Source of the DNA: Leucoraja ocellata
Lineage: Eukaryota
DNA: 64,000 bases
NCBI GenBank assembly: GCA_036785375.1
Contig: JAWMAR010000039.1
Span: forward strand, 744,001 to 808,000
Direction of reading: 5' to 3'
Made by a program: the position numbers and the translations under genes. Positions 1 through 13,342 of the stretch are shown here, piece by piece. Under the pieces are notes generated by a model. The model made no database searches and was not told where the DNA came from. It worked only from the letters and a program-made list of their open reading frames with translations. Numbering within the stretch: the stretch's first letter is position 1; every line of letters begins with the position of its first letter.

Positions 1-625
1 GATTCTTGGAGTCTTTCCAGCCGGGTGGCACCAGCAATGGCTGCCTCGCCAACAGTTTGTTTGTCCCTTCCTTCTTTGTTGTTTGTTTGTATGTGTTTAT
101 TGTATGTTTTTAGTGTTCTTTAGCATGTATTATGTAGGGGGGGCGAGTTGGGGGAAACTTTTTCTCTAATCTCTTACCTCGACCGAGATGCAAGTATTTT
201 TCCCGTATCGTATCTCCAGCCACACTGCGGCCGAACATCGAGGACTTGTCGGCCTTTGCTGGACAACGATTTCGAGAGCACCACCGTGGGAGCCTGCGGA
301 CTTAACATCACGGAGCTCGGGATCCCTGTCGGTGATCGACTTTGGGGCTCCAACTGCAGGAGCCTGAGGACTTTAACATCACGGAGCTTGCGGTCTTTGG
401 TTAGAGACCGACTTCGGGAACTCCAAGCCGCAAGAACTTTGACTGCCCCGGATTGGACTTTATTGCCTTCCATCACAGTGAGGAACATGAGGAATCCGCT
501 GTGGTGGATGTTTATGTTAACGTTTATGTAATTGTGTGTCTTGCTTTTTTTTTTGTATAGCTGTATGGTAATTTGAATTTCACTCTACCATAATTGGTAC
601 GTGACAATAAACTGACCTTGAAGCT
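1..625 (+). repeat. Unclassified interspersed repeat ending in a LINE-like tail
   Basis: Internal CpG-rich subrepeats (gacttaacatcacggagct twice). 3' end gtgacaataaactgaccttga resembles tails at 786-900 and 10880. Confidence 0.45.
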
Positions 626-1365
626 TGAAACCTTTCTGAACTATTCCAGTAACCATTCAATTGCTCTCGCAACATCTCTCAAGCTCTTGCCCCCGTTCAC
701 ATTGATCACTTTTGTGCCTTTGCTGCACTTGACTCTGCACAGAGTCTTGGGGAGATGTAGCAGAGAAACTGCCCTTTTGGCCCATTAGTTTAGTTTAGTT
801 TATTGCCACATGTAACGGGGTACAGTGTAAAGCTTTTGCTGCATAGTAACTAGTCAGCGGAAAGACAATACATGATTACAATCAAGTAATTCACAGTGTA
901 TCACATTGAATCTATGCTGACTATCAGACATCCATTTGCATGAATTTTACCCCAACCCAATTTTATCCTCCCCACATACCCATCAACTGCCCCCAATTAT
1001 ACCTCTGCACACCAGGGGAAATCTATCATGGCCACATTACGTAGATGCCAGCAGCAATTCATTGTGGCCAAGTCACTTCCCAACCTGAATGCTTTTGGAA
1101 CTTGGGAGGAAACTTGAGCACCTGGGGAGCCCACAAGGTCCCAGGAGGAACGTGCAAACTTATCTCAGACCAGGAGCTGAGTCTGCATTCTCTCGTTGCA
1201 CCACTCCAATACGGGGGTGAAGGTTGGAGACACTAGACTGTTCCTCCATGTTCTAACTTGTCACATTTAACTGGATTATGCAACTGATGTTGCATAATAT
1301 ACAATGTACCTATATTAATTTTGTCATGTCAGCTATAATTTGAGAGATTTGGTCACATCACAGAA

Positions 1366-1530
1366 ACACAGAAAACAGGTGCAGGAGTAGGCCATTCGGT
1401 CCTTCGATCCAGCACTGCCATTCAATATGATCATGGCTGATCATCCGAAATCAGTACCCTGTTCCTGCTTTCTCCCCATATCCCTTGATTCCATTAGCCC
1501 TAAGAGCGATATCTAGCTCTCTCTTGAATA
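1366..1530 (-). mobile_element. CR1-type LINE 3' end fragment
   Basis: Reverse complement of the tail shared with 4028-4513 and 12733-12905. Confidence 0.75.
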
Positions 1531-2540
1531 CATCCGTCTGCTCTGTGCAAAGATAACAAGTCGAACCACCATTATAGTTCAATACAAAGTTCCTGAGAGT
1601 TGAATCAACTCTCAATCAACAGTTGAAGAAGGGTCCTTACAACAGGGGGCCAGCCATGTACACCAGTCACTGCCCTGCTCTCAGCAATCCTCTTCGAAAT
1701 ACGGCACCATATTGGGTCTGGACTTGTTTTCACCAGGTCTGCAGAAGACCCTATGTAAACCCTGTACCCACTGCCCCTCATCCTCTATGCCTAGCCTGGG
1801 AGGAAGGCCACCCTGCTTCTCTCATAAGCCTCATGTACCCACGTTTGGGAATGTATCCTGTCAGAGACATCCCCACCCCCACCTTCCTGCAGCTAAACAG
1901 CTCCTATTGTCTCTTCCCAGTTTGGTCAAAGGTGAAACATTATCTCTATTTCACTTGCCACAGACATGACCAGACCTGAATATTTCCAATATTTTATTTT
2001 TGATTTTACATTTTTTAGTTTTTGGATGCACAGTGCATGGAAACAGGACCTTCAGTCCACTTGTTCTACGTTTATCCCACTTTCTCAGGCACTCCCTGCA
2101 CACTAGGGGCAATTTACAGAGGATAATTAACCTACAAACCTGCACGTCGTTCGGATGTGGGAGGAAATCGGAGCACCCGGAGGAAACCCATGCATTAGTG
2201 TTTGGGGTTAGTATCGGGGAGCACCGGGAGACCCACACCACCCTGGCCACACACTCATTTCACTCCTGCTGTCGGGAAGAAGATATAGGAGCCTGGAAAC
2301 TGCCAGGTTCAGGAACAGCTGTTTCCCAACAACCATCAAGCTACTAAACACTACAACCTCCAAATAAGCTCTGAACTACATAGACTTGGGAGCATTGTGT
2401 TTTTCTTTTTACACTATTATTTTAGTGTGTGTGTTTTTGTGTGTGTGTCCGTCCACACACACACAACTTTTTTTCTTGTTTATTTTATTGTTTATACTGT
2501 ACTATGGTTACGTTGTGCTGCTGCATGTAAGAATGTTATT

Positions 2541-2724
2541 CAAAAATGCTGGAGAAACTCAGCGGGTGCAGCAGCATCTATGGAGCGAAGGAAATAGGCA
2601 ACGTTTCCTATTTCTAAACGTTGCTTATTTCTTTCGCTCCATAGATGCTGCTGCACCCGCTGAGTTTCTCCAGCATATTTGTTCACCTTCGATTTTGCAG
2701 CATCTGCAGTTCCTTCTTTAACAC
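2541..2724. mobile_element. Fold-back Penelope-like fragment with 12-bp TSD
   Basis: Inverted arms aaaatgctggagaaactcagcgggtgcagcagcatctatggagcgaa and its reverse complement. aagaatgttatt is repeated at 2529-2540 and 2725-2736. Confidence 0.7.
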
Positions 2725-3049
2725 AAGAATGTTATTGTTTTATCTGGGACATATGACAATAAAGCACTCTTGAAAACGTGCTAGCTCCACACAGACAGCG
2801 CTCTGGCATGGTGAGGCGGCAACTCCACCAGCTGTGCCACCCTGCCACTCCCTTATTCTCTGTCTTTTCATGCACTGTGAGTTTGCACCACTGATGTCTG
2901 TAGTCCCAATGTCAGGTTGTGAACACTAATTACTTGTGGTTGGGTTTGGAAATACGAGCTGAAACAAAGCCACCTATTTATCTTAATTGATCTTGGTTCT
3001 AGACGACCATATGGATGCCTAACTGAAAGGCTGTTGACTCGTCTGCTGC

Positions 3050-4660
3050 ACATTGAGGGAGGCTGTGCTGTATAATTGTGATGGATTAGTCTGAAAATTA
3101 AATGTACTACGATGGACTAATTCATGTACTACACTGCTCTGGACCATCTGGATCACAGGAACACATACATCAGACTGCTGTTCATCAACTACAGCTTGCT
3201 GTTCAACCCCATCCAAACTCATCGCCAAGCCCCAAGGCCGGGCCGCTGCATCTCCCTTTACATCTGGATCCTTGACCACCTCAGTCAGTGAGATCTCCTC
3301 ACTGATCTATAACACAGATGCCCTCAACCCCCTGCTCTACTCTCTGTAGACCCATGACTGTGGGCCCAATGCAGCTCCAATGCCGGAGAATCACAGGGGT
3401 ATTGAGGAGAGAGATAGAACTTCCTAATGAGAGGGGCCACAACAACAACTTCTAGCTTAATGTCCACAAAACCAAGGAACTAAATCGTGACTTCGTACAT
3501 GGGATGTCAGGATTTTTCCTTGGGTGTTAATGTCTCAGATGTCTTGCCTTGAGCCCACACATGGATATCATCGTGAGAGGCTACACAAGCGCTCCACTTT
3601 AAAGAGATGTGCCATGTGATCGAATACTAACAAATGTCCACAGATTTACTGTAGAAAGTATCCAGTCAGTGTGCATCGTGGCCTGGTACAACAACTCCAA
3701 TACACAATGAATAAGACAGATTTAGAACGATATGGGCCAAATGTAGGCAGGTGGAATTAGTGTAGATGGGGCAAGCTGGTCAACACATTGGGCCAAAGGG
3801 CCTGTTCCACGCTGTATGACTATGATTAGTGTCAGGTTATGGGGAGAAGGCACGATAATGGGGTTAGGAGGGAGAGATGGATCAGCCATGATTGAATGGT
3901 GGAGTAGACCAGATGAATCAAATGGCCTAATTATGTTCCTATCACTTATGACCTTATGACCAAGAGATTGCAGAGAATGGTACTCAGCCCAGTCCATCAC
4001 AGGCACAGCTCTCCCCTCCATCAGACATTGTTGCCATAGAGGGAGTACAGCGAAGGGTCACCAGACTGATTCCTGGGATGTCAGGACTTTCATATGAAGA
4101 TAGACTCGGCTTGTACTCGCTAGAATTTAGAAGATTGAGGGGGGATCTTATAGAAACATACAAAATTCTTAAGGGGTTGGACAGGCTAGATGCCGGAAGA
4201 TTGTTCCCGATGTTGGGGAAGTCCAGAACAAGGAGTCACAGTTTAAGGATAAAGGGGAAATCTTTTAGGACCGAGATGAGGAAAACATTTTTCACACAGA
4301 GAGTGGTGAATCTGTGGAATTCTCTGTCACAGAAGGTAGTTGAGGCCAGTTCATTGGCTATATTTAAGAGGGAGTTAGATGTGGACCTTGTGGCTAAAGG
4401 GATCAGGGGGTATGGAGAGAAGGCAGGTACAGGATACTGAGTTGGATGTTCAGCCATGATCATATTGAATGGCGGTGCAGGCTCGAAGGGCCGAATGGCC
4501 TACTCCTGCACCTAGAAGGTGGCGTCGATCATCAAGGATCCCCACCATCTAGGCCGTGCCGTCTTGCTGCTACTGTTGGCAGGAGGTACAGACCCTAAAG
4601 TCCTCACCACCAGGTTCATGAACAGCTATTTTCTTACAACCATCAAGTGCTTGAACTGAC
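3050..4660 (+). mobile_element. Degenerate Rex1/Babar-like LINE RT region interrupted by younger insertions
   Basis: Decayed RT-like coding (YIRLLFINYS.. near 3165; C-terminal TTRFMNSYF near 4605-4630). Split by SINE/LINE tails at about 3720-3960 and a CR1 piece at 4028-4513. Confidence 0.55.
4028..4513 (+). mobile_element. CR1 LINE, 5'-truncated (ORF2 C-terminus plus 3'UTR)
   Basis: ORF 4078-4440 contains LGLYSLEFRRLRGDLIETYKIL and FFTQRVVNLWNSL, the typical CR1 ORF2 end. Confidence 0.9.
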
Positions 4661-4799
4661 CCTACCGCCTTATTTCTAATTGTGTTTAACACCAATGTCT
4701 TGGCTTTTGTTTTGCGGTCTATTTTTCTTTTCCCTGACCTTGCGGAATTTAAGAATGATGTGTTTCTCTGTGTTGTCTGAGTCCATGCCAATTTTAAGT

Positions 4800-5005
4800 T
4801 TTTGACTCTCTCCACCGTTGTTATAAACAGGATTCTGGGACTTCATCTTTCCTCTTCCAAAGTCCACAATCAGTTCATTGGTTTCACTGATATTGGGAGC
4901 CATGTTGTTGTGCTGGCACCATTTGGTCAATCAGTCGATCTCACTTCTATACTCTGACTCATCACCATCTGTAATTCGTCCAACAAAGGTGGTGTTGTCG
5001 GCGAA
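4800..5005 (-). mobile_element. Rex1/Babar-like RT fragment
   Basis: Minus ORF has KWCQHNNMAPNISETNELIVDFGR, the post-YADD RT motif W...NNL.LN..KT.EL.VDF. Confidence 0.65.
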
Positions 5006-5269
5006 TTGTTGTAGGCTTTATGTAATTATTGGCGGAGTCTTGACCTCAAACTTATCCTACCAACTGTGACAAAATGTCCACAGCCCATTTGTTGAATGTG
5101 CTTGTGTGTTTACATGGGGCTATTTTATGGAAGGCACCACGTATAATGCCTGGTCTCAGTCAGTCTGGAGAGAGGTAATTGGTCATTTTGTTTCCTTGTT
5201 GTAGGATGGCAAAAAAAAAAAAAAGAAAAGATTCCATTCTCTGCCGACAACACGCACATTTGGTGGGGC

Positions 5270-5372
5270 AGGGTGGGGGCTGGGTGTGTGTGGATGGGAC
5301 TGGGTGTGGGTTGGGTGTGTGTGGATGGGACTGGGTGTGCGTGGATGGAGCAGGGTGGGGGTAGGTGGGTGG
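5270..5372. repeat. G/T-rich short tandem repeat (gggtgtgtgtggatgggact-like unit)
   Basis: Unit visibly repeated about 3 times. Confidence 0.7.
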
Positions 5373-7053
5373 GGATTGCTGACGCTGTGGCAGCAAATGT
5401 CTCCCTGCTCTACATCTGCATGTTGGTTCCGAACATGTTTTGGCCCTCTGTGTAATTCTATCTCAATCTGTCCCATAGTATCTCCTAAAATAACCCACAA
5501 AGTGCTGGCATAACTCAGCGGAACGGGCAGCATTGTAATAGATGTCACCTGTTCATGTTCTCCAGAGATGCTGCCTGACCTGCTGAGTTACTCAGGCACG
5601 ATTGTATTTTTTTTGTAAGCCAGCATCTGCAGTTTATTGTTTCTTCATAGTTGCTCCCAATAGACTGACTCACTCTGTATTTTTAATAAAAGAAGACAAC
5701 CTTGGGTAAGATAGAGACAAAATGCAGTCCCACCCTTACACAACGATATTATCAGTTGCTTGGTGAGTAATCTTATAATAGGTTTTTTTTTAAGAAGGTG
5801 GTTCCTATTTCTCAACCTGTCGACACAAGGGCTCTGTTTAGTAGCAAAACAGGTCTGTTTGGTTGCAACTGGCTTCTCACTTCTTCAGCACAAGTATAAT
5901 CCTGTCTTGATTTTTTAAATATCATTACTTTGCTTATTTGTTGTTCCAAGAATTTGCTTTTACTCTCCTAGAGTGCTGCATATTGTCTTCTGCATATTGT
6001 GCCTAGAGTTTCCATTTAAGTTTGTTGACCTTTCAAAAAAAAAGGTTTGTCGAACTATCAAATTCCTTTTGATTCTTTTGATGGATTTCCAGCGCAGACT
6101 AAATTGCCAGAATCCATTTACACAAGAAATATGTTTCTGCATGACTGCTTTATGCTGACAGAGACGGGAAGAATGTTTTGTGGCCCTTGCTTTCAGCTTT
6201 AAGATTATTTGAATTATACTGCAGTATAGTCACTTTAAAATAGTTATTGTAATCTTTAAATATGCGTACTTTACTTATACAATGGATAGTGCAGAAATAG
6301 AAATTCAAAGGGATGAAGGACAGAGCTGTTTGCTTAACAGGGGATTCATTCTGACTGGCTTTTGCTCAGTTTATTGTTGACTGCTCTGCTTTGCATCACC
6401 TGTACATTCAGGAGCAAAGTGAAATGTTCTAGAGAGACAAGTTAGCCATCAGTGCTAAGTGAAGTATTTGGTGATTATCACAACATCTTTGTGTACTCGT
6501 GATGTGTTGGTGGATTTGCAATCCCCATTTTATTGAAAAACTGTGTCTGGCTGCACCATGTATTTGATTAAATCTCGCAGCAGTCTGCCGTCACTTGGCT
6601 TGTTTTGACGGCTTTTGTTCAGAAAGTGAGGCAATTGTATACTTCCTCTCTTCCTCAAGCTTGAAGACTTCATCTCTTCATCTCCTGTGGTCTTCTCTAA
6701 ATAACAATTTTTCATGCAAGTTATCAAAGGAAAACCATGTAGGTCAGAGGAGACTGGCCCAGGGATGTGGACCAGGGAGGAGACTGGCCCAGGAATCGGA
6801 GGAGTGAACTAGCAGCTGATTGTAACACTTCAGGAAGGAGTTTCACAGATGCAGTCTGTATTGTTCCAAAGTTCACTGCAGTTTGGCAAGCAGTCTTAGA
6901 CTGGTCATAGTGCTACAACACTCAAACCTACCTTGTGTAAGCCGACCAGACAGACAACATTACGGTAAAATGTCAGACTATTAATGGTGGTAAACTCTGA
7001 ATGTTGGTGGAATATTGTTTCTAGGAAGTTAAACTGCTTAAACGACATCAACG

Positions 7054-7190
7054 NNNNNNNNNNNNNNNNNNNNNNNNNNNNNNNNNNNNNNNNNNNNNNN
7101 NNNNNNNNNNNNNNNNNNNNNNNNNNNNNNNNNNNNNNNNNNNNNNNNNNNNNNNNNNNNNNNNNNNNNNNNNNNNNNNNNNNNNNNNNN
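7054..7190. other. Assembly gap
   Basis: Run of N. Confidence 1.
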
Positions 7191-8926
7191 CCCCGGGTGT
7201 GCATATGTCTCTGTGGGTGTGTGCATCTGGGGGTCTGTGTGTCAGTCTGTCTTTGTGGGTGGGTGCCAACCCCTTTGTTTCTCCCCCCTCCATCTGTGGA
7301 TCCTGGGGTGGTTGAGGGTTTTCCAATGGGATCCACAAACTCTGCCAGAGGTGGGTACAATGTCGGACAGACAGGGGAATGTGTGCCTGAGATCTGCAGT
7401 TCCTTGTGTCCACTAAGTGCACCTGACGTGGAGGTAATGATAGATGTGGCCAGTTGGAGCTGCGTGTATGAATCACCTCCAGGAAGTGATAACAAATATT
7501 ATTCTTGTCAACCTGGGCTAACATTGTAAAATAAATGGAAGGTTGCTACTAAGGAGAGGCCGGAGGGACTTGTACAGAGGGAGTGACATTCAGGATTTGC
7601 TGTGTCACATTTTCCATTGTTGGGACCTTTGTTCTCGAGTTGTAACCTCTGCCCCTCCTTGCCAGAGATGTCTTTGCTCCTTGCTGTGAAATCTCACAGA
7701 TGTGTGTGTATTCTTGGACAAAGTTCTGAGTTCTTGTTTTGCTGATAGTTTGTCATTTAAAAAGCCACAGCTGAATGGGTCCATTTCTGATCTTAAATCC
7801 ACATTTCGAGTTACTTTTGTAGATTTTATTTTGGTGAAAAAGTGTGTCACAAATAACGGTGGATCTGAACACAAAATCCTTTCAGCAGATCAGCAGCACC
7901 ACTGGACAGAGACATGGAATTCATGTTTCAGATGGAAGGCCCCTCATTGATTCACACAGCACGGAAACAGGCCCATCAGCCCATCTCCAAATTGGGGAAT
8001 CGATAATTGATTGCCTTCTCGCAGTTTTTAAGAGTATGTACAGTGAATGTGGCGCCTGGATTGTCTTTGAAACGTTAGTGAGCCAGTAACTCGTTGCCCT
8101 AGTTGTGCTTGGTTCAGGCGGTGAGCAATGTGTGGCACAGTGAGGTAGGCCCACCATGCGAAGCCACATCATATCCCCTCCGCTGCCTGACCCGCCACAA
8201 CCTGTGGAGATGTGCAGACTCGACACAGTGTGTCTCAGCACCTGATGGTCGCAGATACTCCCTGTGACAGTGTGAGCACACCCTCCCCGTCGCTAATCCC
8301 AGCAGTTTCCTTTGTGTCGGACCCCTGCTTTCGAAACGTAAACACCCATCAGATTTGTTGCAATGCTCAAAGCAATGAAGCTCCTTGATGTTGGGACATC
8401 ATTGTGGGAAGACCTAGAGCAGGAGAGGACCAGTTTCCTGGCCAGTCTGTCACGGTTATGGAAGGCAGTGGGACCCAAGCTCAGGGCTCTGGGATCTGAT
8501 ATCCCTCTGTGTTCAGCACTGCAGGAGGCAGCCCATCGAAGGACCTTTAGAGCCCGGCTCAGTCTGAGGAACAGGCCGGATGGTGAGAGGGGCCTGGTGG
8601 AATAGTGACCCCACTCAGAGTCCAGAGAGATCTCAGGATCATTCAGTTCATCCAAAACTTTGAAAGTGGAAGGGAATAGATATTTCTGCGTGTGCAGACT
8701 TTTAACGTTTTCCTTCCTTTCACAATTCCTCGATGTGATGTTAATTTGGGTGAAGTGCCTGAGGCTCCCTCTGCTGGTGGTGAGAAAAACACCAAGCACC
8801 AAGCTACCTCTGACCTGGGGCTTCCTCTGGTGTTTGTTTTCTTTTGCACAGATACCAGTGCTCGAAAAACAAAAACTTTATTAAAAATCCTTTGAGAAAA
8901 ATTGAAGCGGTTTCAACAGCAGGCTG

Positions 8927-9168
8927 ATAGAAACATAGAAAATAGGTGCAGGAATAGGCCATTCGGCCCTTCGAGCCTGTACTGCCATTCAATATGATCA
9001 TGGCTGATCATCCAACTCAGTATCCTGTTCCTGCCTTCTCTCCATACCCCCTGGTCCCTTTAGCCACAAGGGCCACATCTAACTCCCTCTTAAATATAGC
9101 CAATGAACTGGCCTCAACTACCCTCTGTGGCAGAGAATTCCACAGATTCACCACTCTCTGTGTAAAAA
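8927..9168 (-). mobile_element. CR1 LINE 3' end
   Basis: Near-identical to the reverse complement of about 4290-4513, with an atagaaacatagaaa tail. Confidence 0.85.
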
Positions 9169-9224
9169 TGATTGGTAGAGCTGCATCAGCTATATTTCAA
9201 TGTAGGGCTGCCGTGTCCCCCCCC

Positions 9225-9530
9225 CCCCCCCCAGTGCCAGAGGCTCAGGTTCAATCCTGACTACGGGTGCTGTCTGAGTGGAGTTTGCACGTCCTCCCTG
9301 TGACCTCCTGGGTTTGCTCCGGTTTACTCCCACATCCCAAAGGTGCTGGCATTGTAAGTTAGTTGTCCTGGTGTGTGGCTGAGGCGTGGAATCGGGGGGG
9401 GGGGGGGGAGATTTGTCGGGAATGTGGGAAGGAGGAATTGTGGTGGGTTAAATGTGAAAGTGATGTTTGATGGTCGGCATGGACACGGTGGGCCACAGTG
9501 CCTGCCTGGTGCAGTGCTGTATCTCTCTAC
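9225..9530 (+). mobile_element. HE1-like tRNA-derived V-SINE, degenerate
   Basis: B-box-like ggttcaatcc, V-domain-like gtggagtttgcacgtcctccctgtgacc, tail gctgtatctct. Confidence 0.65.
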
Positions 9531-9960
9531 CACTTTCACATTTTGATTTTAAAATTCGGTGATTGTGGATCTATAAAAAGTATTCTTCCCAAAAGCATCA
9601 AGTCATAAACTCAAATAAAACCTAAACCGACAAAGAGACAAAAGATATAAAATGTGAACCCTCTCTCACAGGTACTGCCTGAGTATTGTTAGCAAAGATC
9701 TTATAGCAGAGGATCCGCTATAGGATCTTTGGTTAGCACTCTCTGTTTTTATTTCAGATTTCCAACCTCTGGAACTTTGATCTGGTTACATTTCTCGGTG
9801 TAGATCGCACTCGAGGTTGAATCGCAGGGAATTCCTGGGCTATGTTTTCTGGAATCACCGGTTTATAAAGCCACTCGATTCAATTAAATATTTAATGCTA
9901 CAGGTCAAATATTGAAGGGAAAGATGAAGATTTTTGAAAACCACTTTGTAAAATTGACTG

Positions 9961-10206
9961 AAGATAGACACAAAAAGATGGAGTAACTCAGCGGGCCAGG
10001 CAGCATTTCTGGAGAGAAGGAATGGGTGAGGTTTCGGGTCGAGATCGTTTTTCGGACTAGTTTTCAGCAGTCTGAAGAAGGGTCCCAACCCGAAAACATC
10101 ACCTGTTCTTTCTCTCCAGAGATGCTGCCTGTCCCACTGAGTTACTCCAGCTTTTTGTGTCTATCTTCGATTTAAACCAGCATCTGTGGTTCCTTCCTAC
10201 ACATTA
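9961..10206. mobile_element. Fold-back Penelope-like fragment with TSD
   Basis: Inverted arms at about 9961-10058 and 10069-10168. Flanked by taaaattg(a/g)ctg at 9949-9960 and 10207-10218. Confidence 0.7.
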
Positions 10207-10369
10207 TAAAATTGGCTGTTGGAATTCTATTCTTCCATTTGCAATTCCTACGTCCATATCCTAGACCCTTCTGGTTTATTCAACTCCTCGGTAGAGCCCC
10301 ACTCTGGCACCATTAGCCCCCATTTCAGCGAGGCACGTATTTTGTTCCAGTGAAATTAACATAAAGTGA

Positions 10370-10700
10370 ACCGTGTAATGAGGTACAGTGAAAAGCTTTG
10401 TTGCATGCAATCCAACCAGATCAGATATATGATACATTAGATACAATCAAGTCAAACTCAAGTACAATAGATAAAGGGGAAGATGCAGAGTGCAGAGTAT
10501 TGTTCTCAGCATTGTAGCGCAAAAGTTTCTTAGACAAAGTCCAATGTCTGCAATGGGATAGAGGTGAACTGGACCCTAGCTTACGGAAGGCCAAGTTCAG
10601 AAGCCTGATCACAGAGGGGAAGAAATTGAACCTGAGTCTGGTGGTGTGCGCTTTCAAGCTTCTGTATTGTTTGCCTGACAGGAACGGGGAGGAGGTCTAA
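10370..10700 (-). mobile_element. Rex1/Babar-like LINE 3' end
   Basis: Minus ORF KAHTTRLRFNFFPSVIRLLN is the typical ORF2 terminus. Confidence 0.65.
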
Positions 10701-12732
10701 ATCTGGACCCTCCCTCCCTCCCACCTCTGCCACTAGATGGATGGCAGCAATGTAAGGCTTTCATAGCGAACTACGAGGGACAATAATTGTTGGATCTGCC
10801 CACTTGCATCAATGAATATCAAAACATTACTTATTAAACTAATTTGGATGACAATTATTGTAACTGGCACTGTTATTGATTTATTATCGTCATATGTATT
10901 GAGATACAGTAAAAAAAACCTTGTTTTGCATGCTGTCCTGGTAAAATAACATCCGTGCCTGACTACAATCAAAGCCAAGAGAAAGGAAACAGAGTGCAGA
11001 ATATCAAGTTGCAGTTGTAGAGAAGATAGTGTTACAGTCACAGAGAATGTAGTGTTACAGCTACAGAGAACTGGGAATTAGCTTGTCACCTGAGCCATCA
11101 CATCTCCAGTGCATAATGGATAAAAACAGTGCCGAACTAATGTGTGTAAGTTCTGACCAATATAAAACCCAAATGTGGCACTGTAATTTGATGATACAAT
11201 CCTATGTGATAGTAGCAGAATTAGGCCATTCGGCCCATCAAGTCTACTCCGCCATTGAATCATGGCTGATTTATCTCTCCCTCCTAACCCCGTTCTCAAG
11301 CCTTCGCCCCATAACCTCTGAATTGATTTGATTCACAGAGCACCCTGGGCACCAGAGTTAGTGGTGAGGGTTTATATGTGGGAAGCACTGTGCCAGTGAG
11401 GAGGACTATGTAAAGCCAACCTTCACCAAGGCACCTCCGAGAGCACCTCTGAAGGAGTCCAGAACATTCCTGTTTGCGTGTCTTATTCATGTCTTGCAAC
11501 GGGGAATGTCCACTTCCCATTCCGCCATTTTTCTGCCTCCTCTGGGCCTTGGGTAAAAGTTAGGTGGGAGTTTAGCTGTGTTGCCGTGCCTCCTGCAGAC
11601 CAATCCTGGTCCAGGGTAATGGTTTTGCAGTAGAATTTCATTCTAGAATTCTCTCTCTGGAAATATTAGTAGCAGCCATCTCGCCTTTCTTACTAAGATT
11701 CTGACAAATTATGTAAAGAGCCCGGATCACTCGGAGCATCTCATACCATGTTTGTTAAGGCCCTTTCAGTGGGAAGAGGTTTCCATCCAGGGAGCTTGTC
11801 ATTAATCCAACATTGCATTTTTACAAGCTAAAACCCTTGCTTTTCGCTGTCTCAGCATATGTAGTTTTTACACCAGCTACCAGAAAAGTACATGCAGGAC
11901 GAGGACATACAGTGACAATCTAAAAGGGAAGCGCGGTGGTGCGGAGGGTAGTGCTGTTGTCTACAGTCCCAGGACTCGGGGTTCAGTCTGACTGGGCCAC
12001 TTTGCATCGGCTTACATGTTCTGCCCCCCAAGGTCCAGCTTCCTCCCATTTCCAGGAGATTTACTGTAGGTTAATAGACCACGGTAGATCACCCTCGAGG
12101 TGGCAGGGCATACAAGACAAAGTTGGTGGCAAAATTGAAGGGAATACATTGCAGAGGAATGAGAAAAAAGGAATTTGGACTGATGCGTTGTTGAGTTTGG
12201 AGTGGGTATGGACTTGTTGGGCTGAAACTGTCGTCTTCCGTTTCAGAATAAGTACGTAATGTTGTACATAAACTTGATTTAAAACATTTCATTTCAGGAA
12301 AAGTTTGCCTTCTATTGCAGGGTATTTTAAATTGCAGTGATTTCATTTACTTTATGATTTTTTCCGCTGGTCCGGCTTCTTTTGATAATTCTGTGGTGTG
12401 GACTAAGGAATTTGTGCCTGAATTGATGAACTGGGGAAATAGGCATTTTCTGTTGTACTTTGATAGTTTGCTTCAAGCTGGTAATGAACAAAAGAGAGAA
12501 AAGCTCCGTTAGGCAATAAATGGTATTTCTGCTGTTCACTGCTGTCTTGTTTGAAGCTCTGCATGGGCCAAAATAAATAAAGGAATGCCCCCCCTCACCC
12601 ATTAATAAACTAGGTATGTATGTCACAGATTATTGATTAATGGAGCCGAACAGGAAGTCATCCTTGCTAATTAGAACAAAACCACAGCATGAAATTTGAC
12701 CTTCCTATGTCAGCACAGTTATGACTACACGT

Positions 12733-12905
12733 TAATTTCAAGAGAGAGTTAGATTTAGCTCATAGGGCTAACGGAATCAAGAGATATGGGGAGAAAGCAG
12801 GAACGGGGTACTGATTTTAGATGATCACCCATGATCATATTGAATAGCGGTGCTGGCTCGAAGGGCTGAATGGCCTACTCCTGCACCTATTTTCTATGTT
12901 TCTGT
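12733..12905 (+). mobile_element. CR1 LINE 3' end
   Basis: Tail gaatggcctactcctgcacctattttctatgtttct shared with the other copies. Confidence 0.8.
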
Positions 12906-13342
12906 GTTAATATTGGGAGAACAATATTACAACTACAAAGCTGCTCAACTATTTTCTCTTCATTCACTGGAATAATGATGATACAGGTTGCAGATAAACA
13001 ACCTGTTACCGCACCCTGTGGTAAATAGCTTCCATTACCACACAGCATGAGTTTATTGTCACCACTTCCTGCTGTTATTTAATCCAGAGACAGGATTTGT
13101 TTTTCTCCTAATATTGTTTCTTGATAGGCCAGGCTTATTTGTTTGAAACTTTGTATGTGGGTAGAATGTTTGAATAACCGGGTGCTCCACGTAAGAGCAA
13201 TGGCTCACTCACTGTGCTAACTTTATTGTACAATTCATTAATTTTCTCTCACTCTATCTTTTTATTTCTCTCTCTCTCTAGGGCAAGACTCCAGAGTGTT
13301 GAGTCATGCAGGATGGTGAATGTTTAAACTAGAAAGCTTACC

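Noticed and set aside
6905-7529. Long ORFs on both strands (also 30007-30498)
   Set aside because: Inflated by N gaps; the remaining peptide is unrecognisable.
8293-8802. ORFs 8363-8605 (+) and 8293-8802 (-)
   Set aside because: No clear splice sites or identifiable domain. May be an old repeat remnant, but I cannot support a call.
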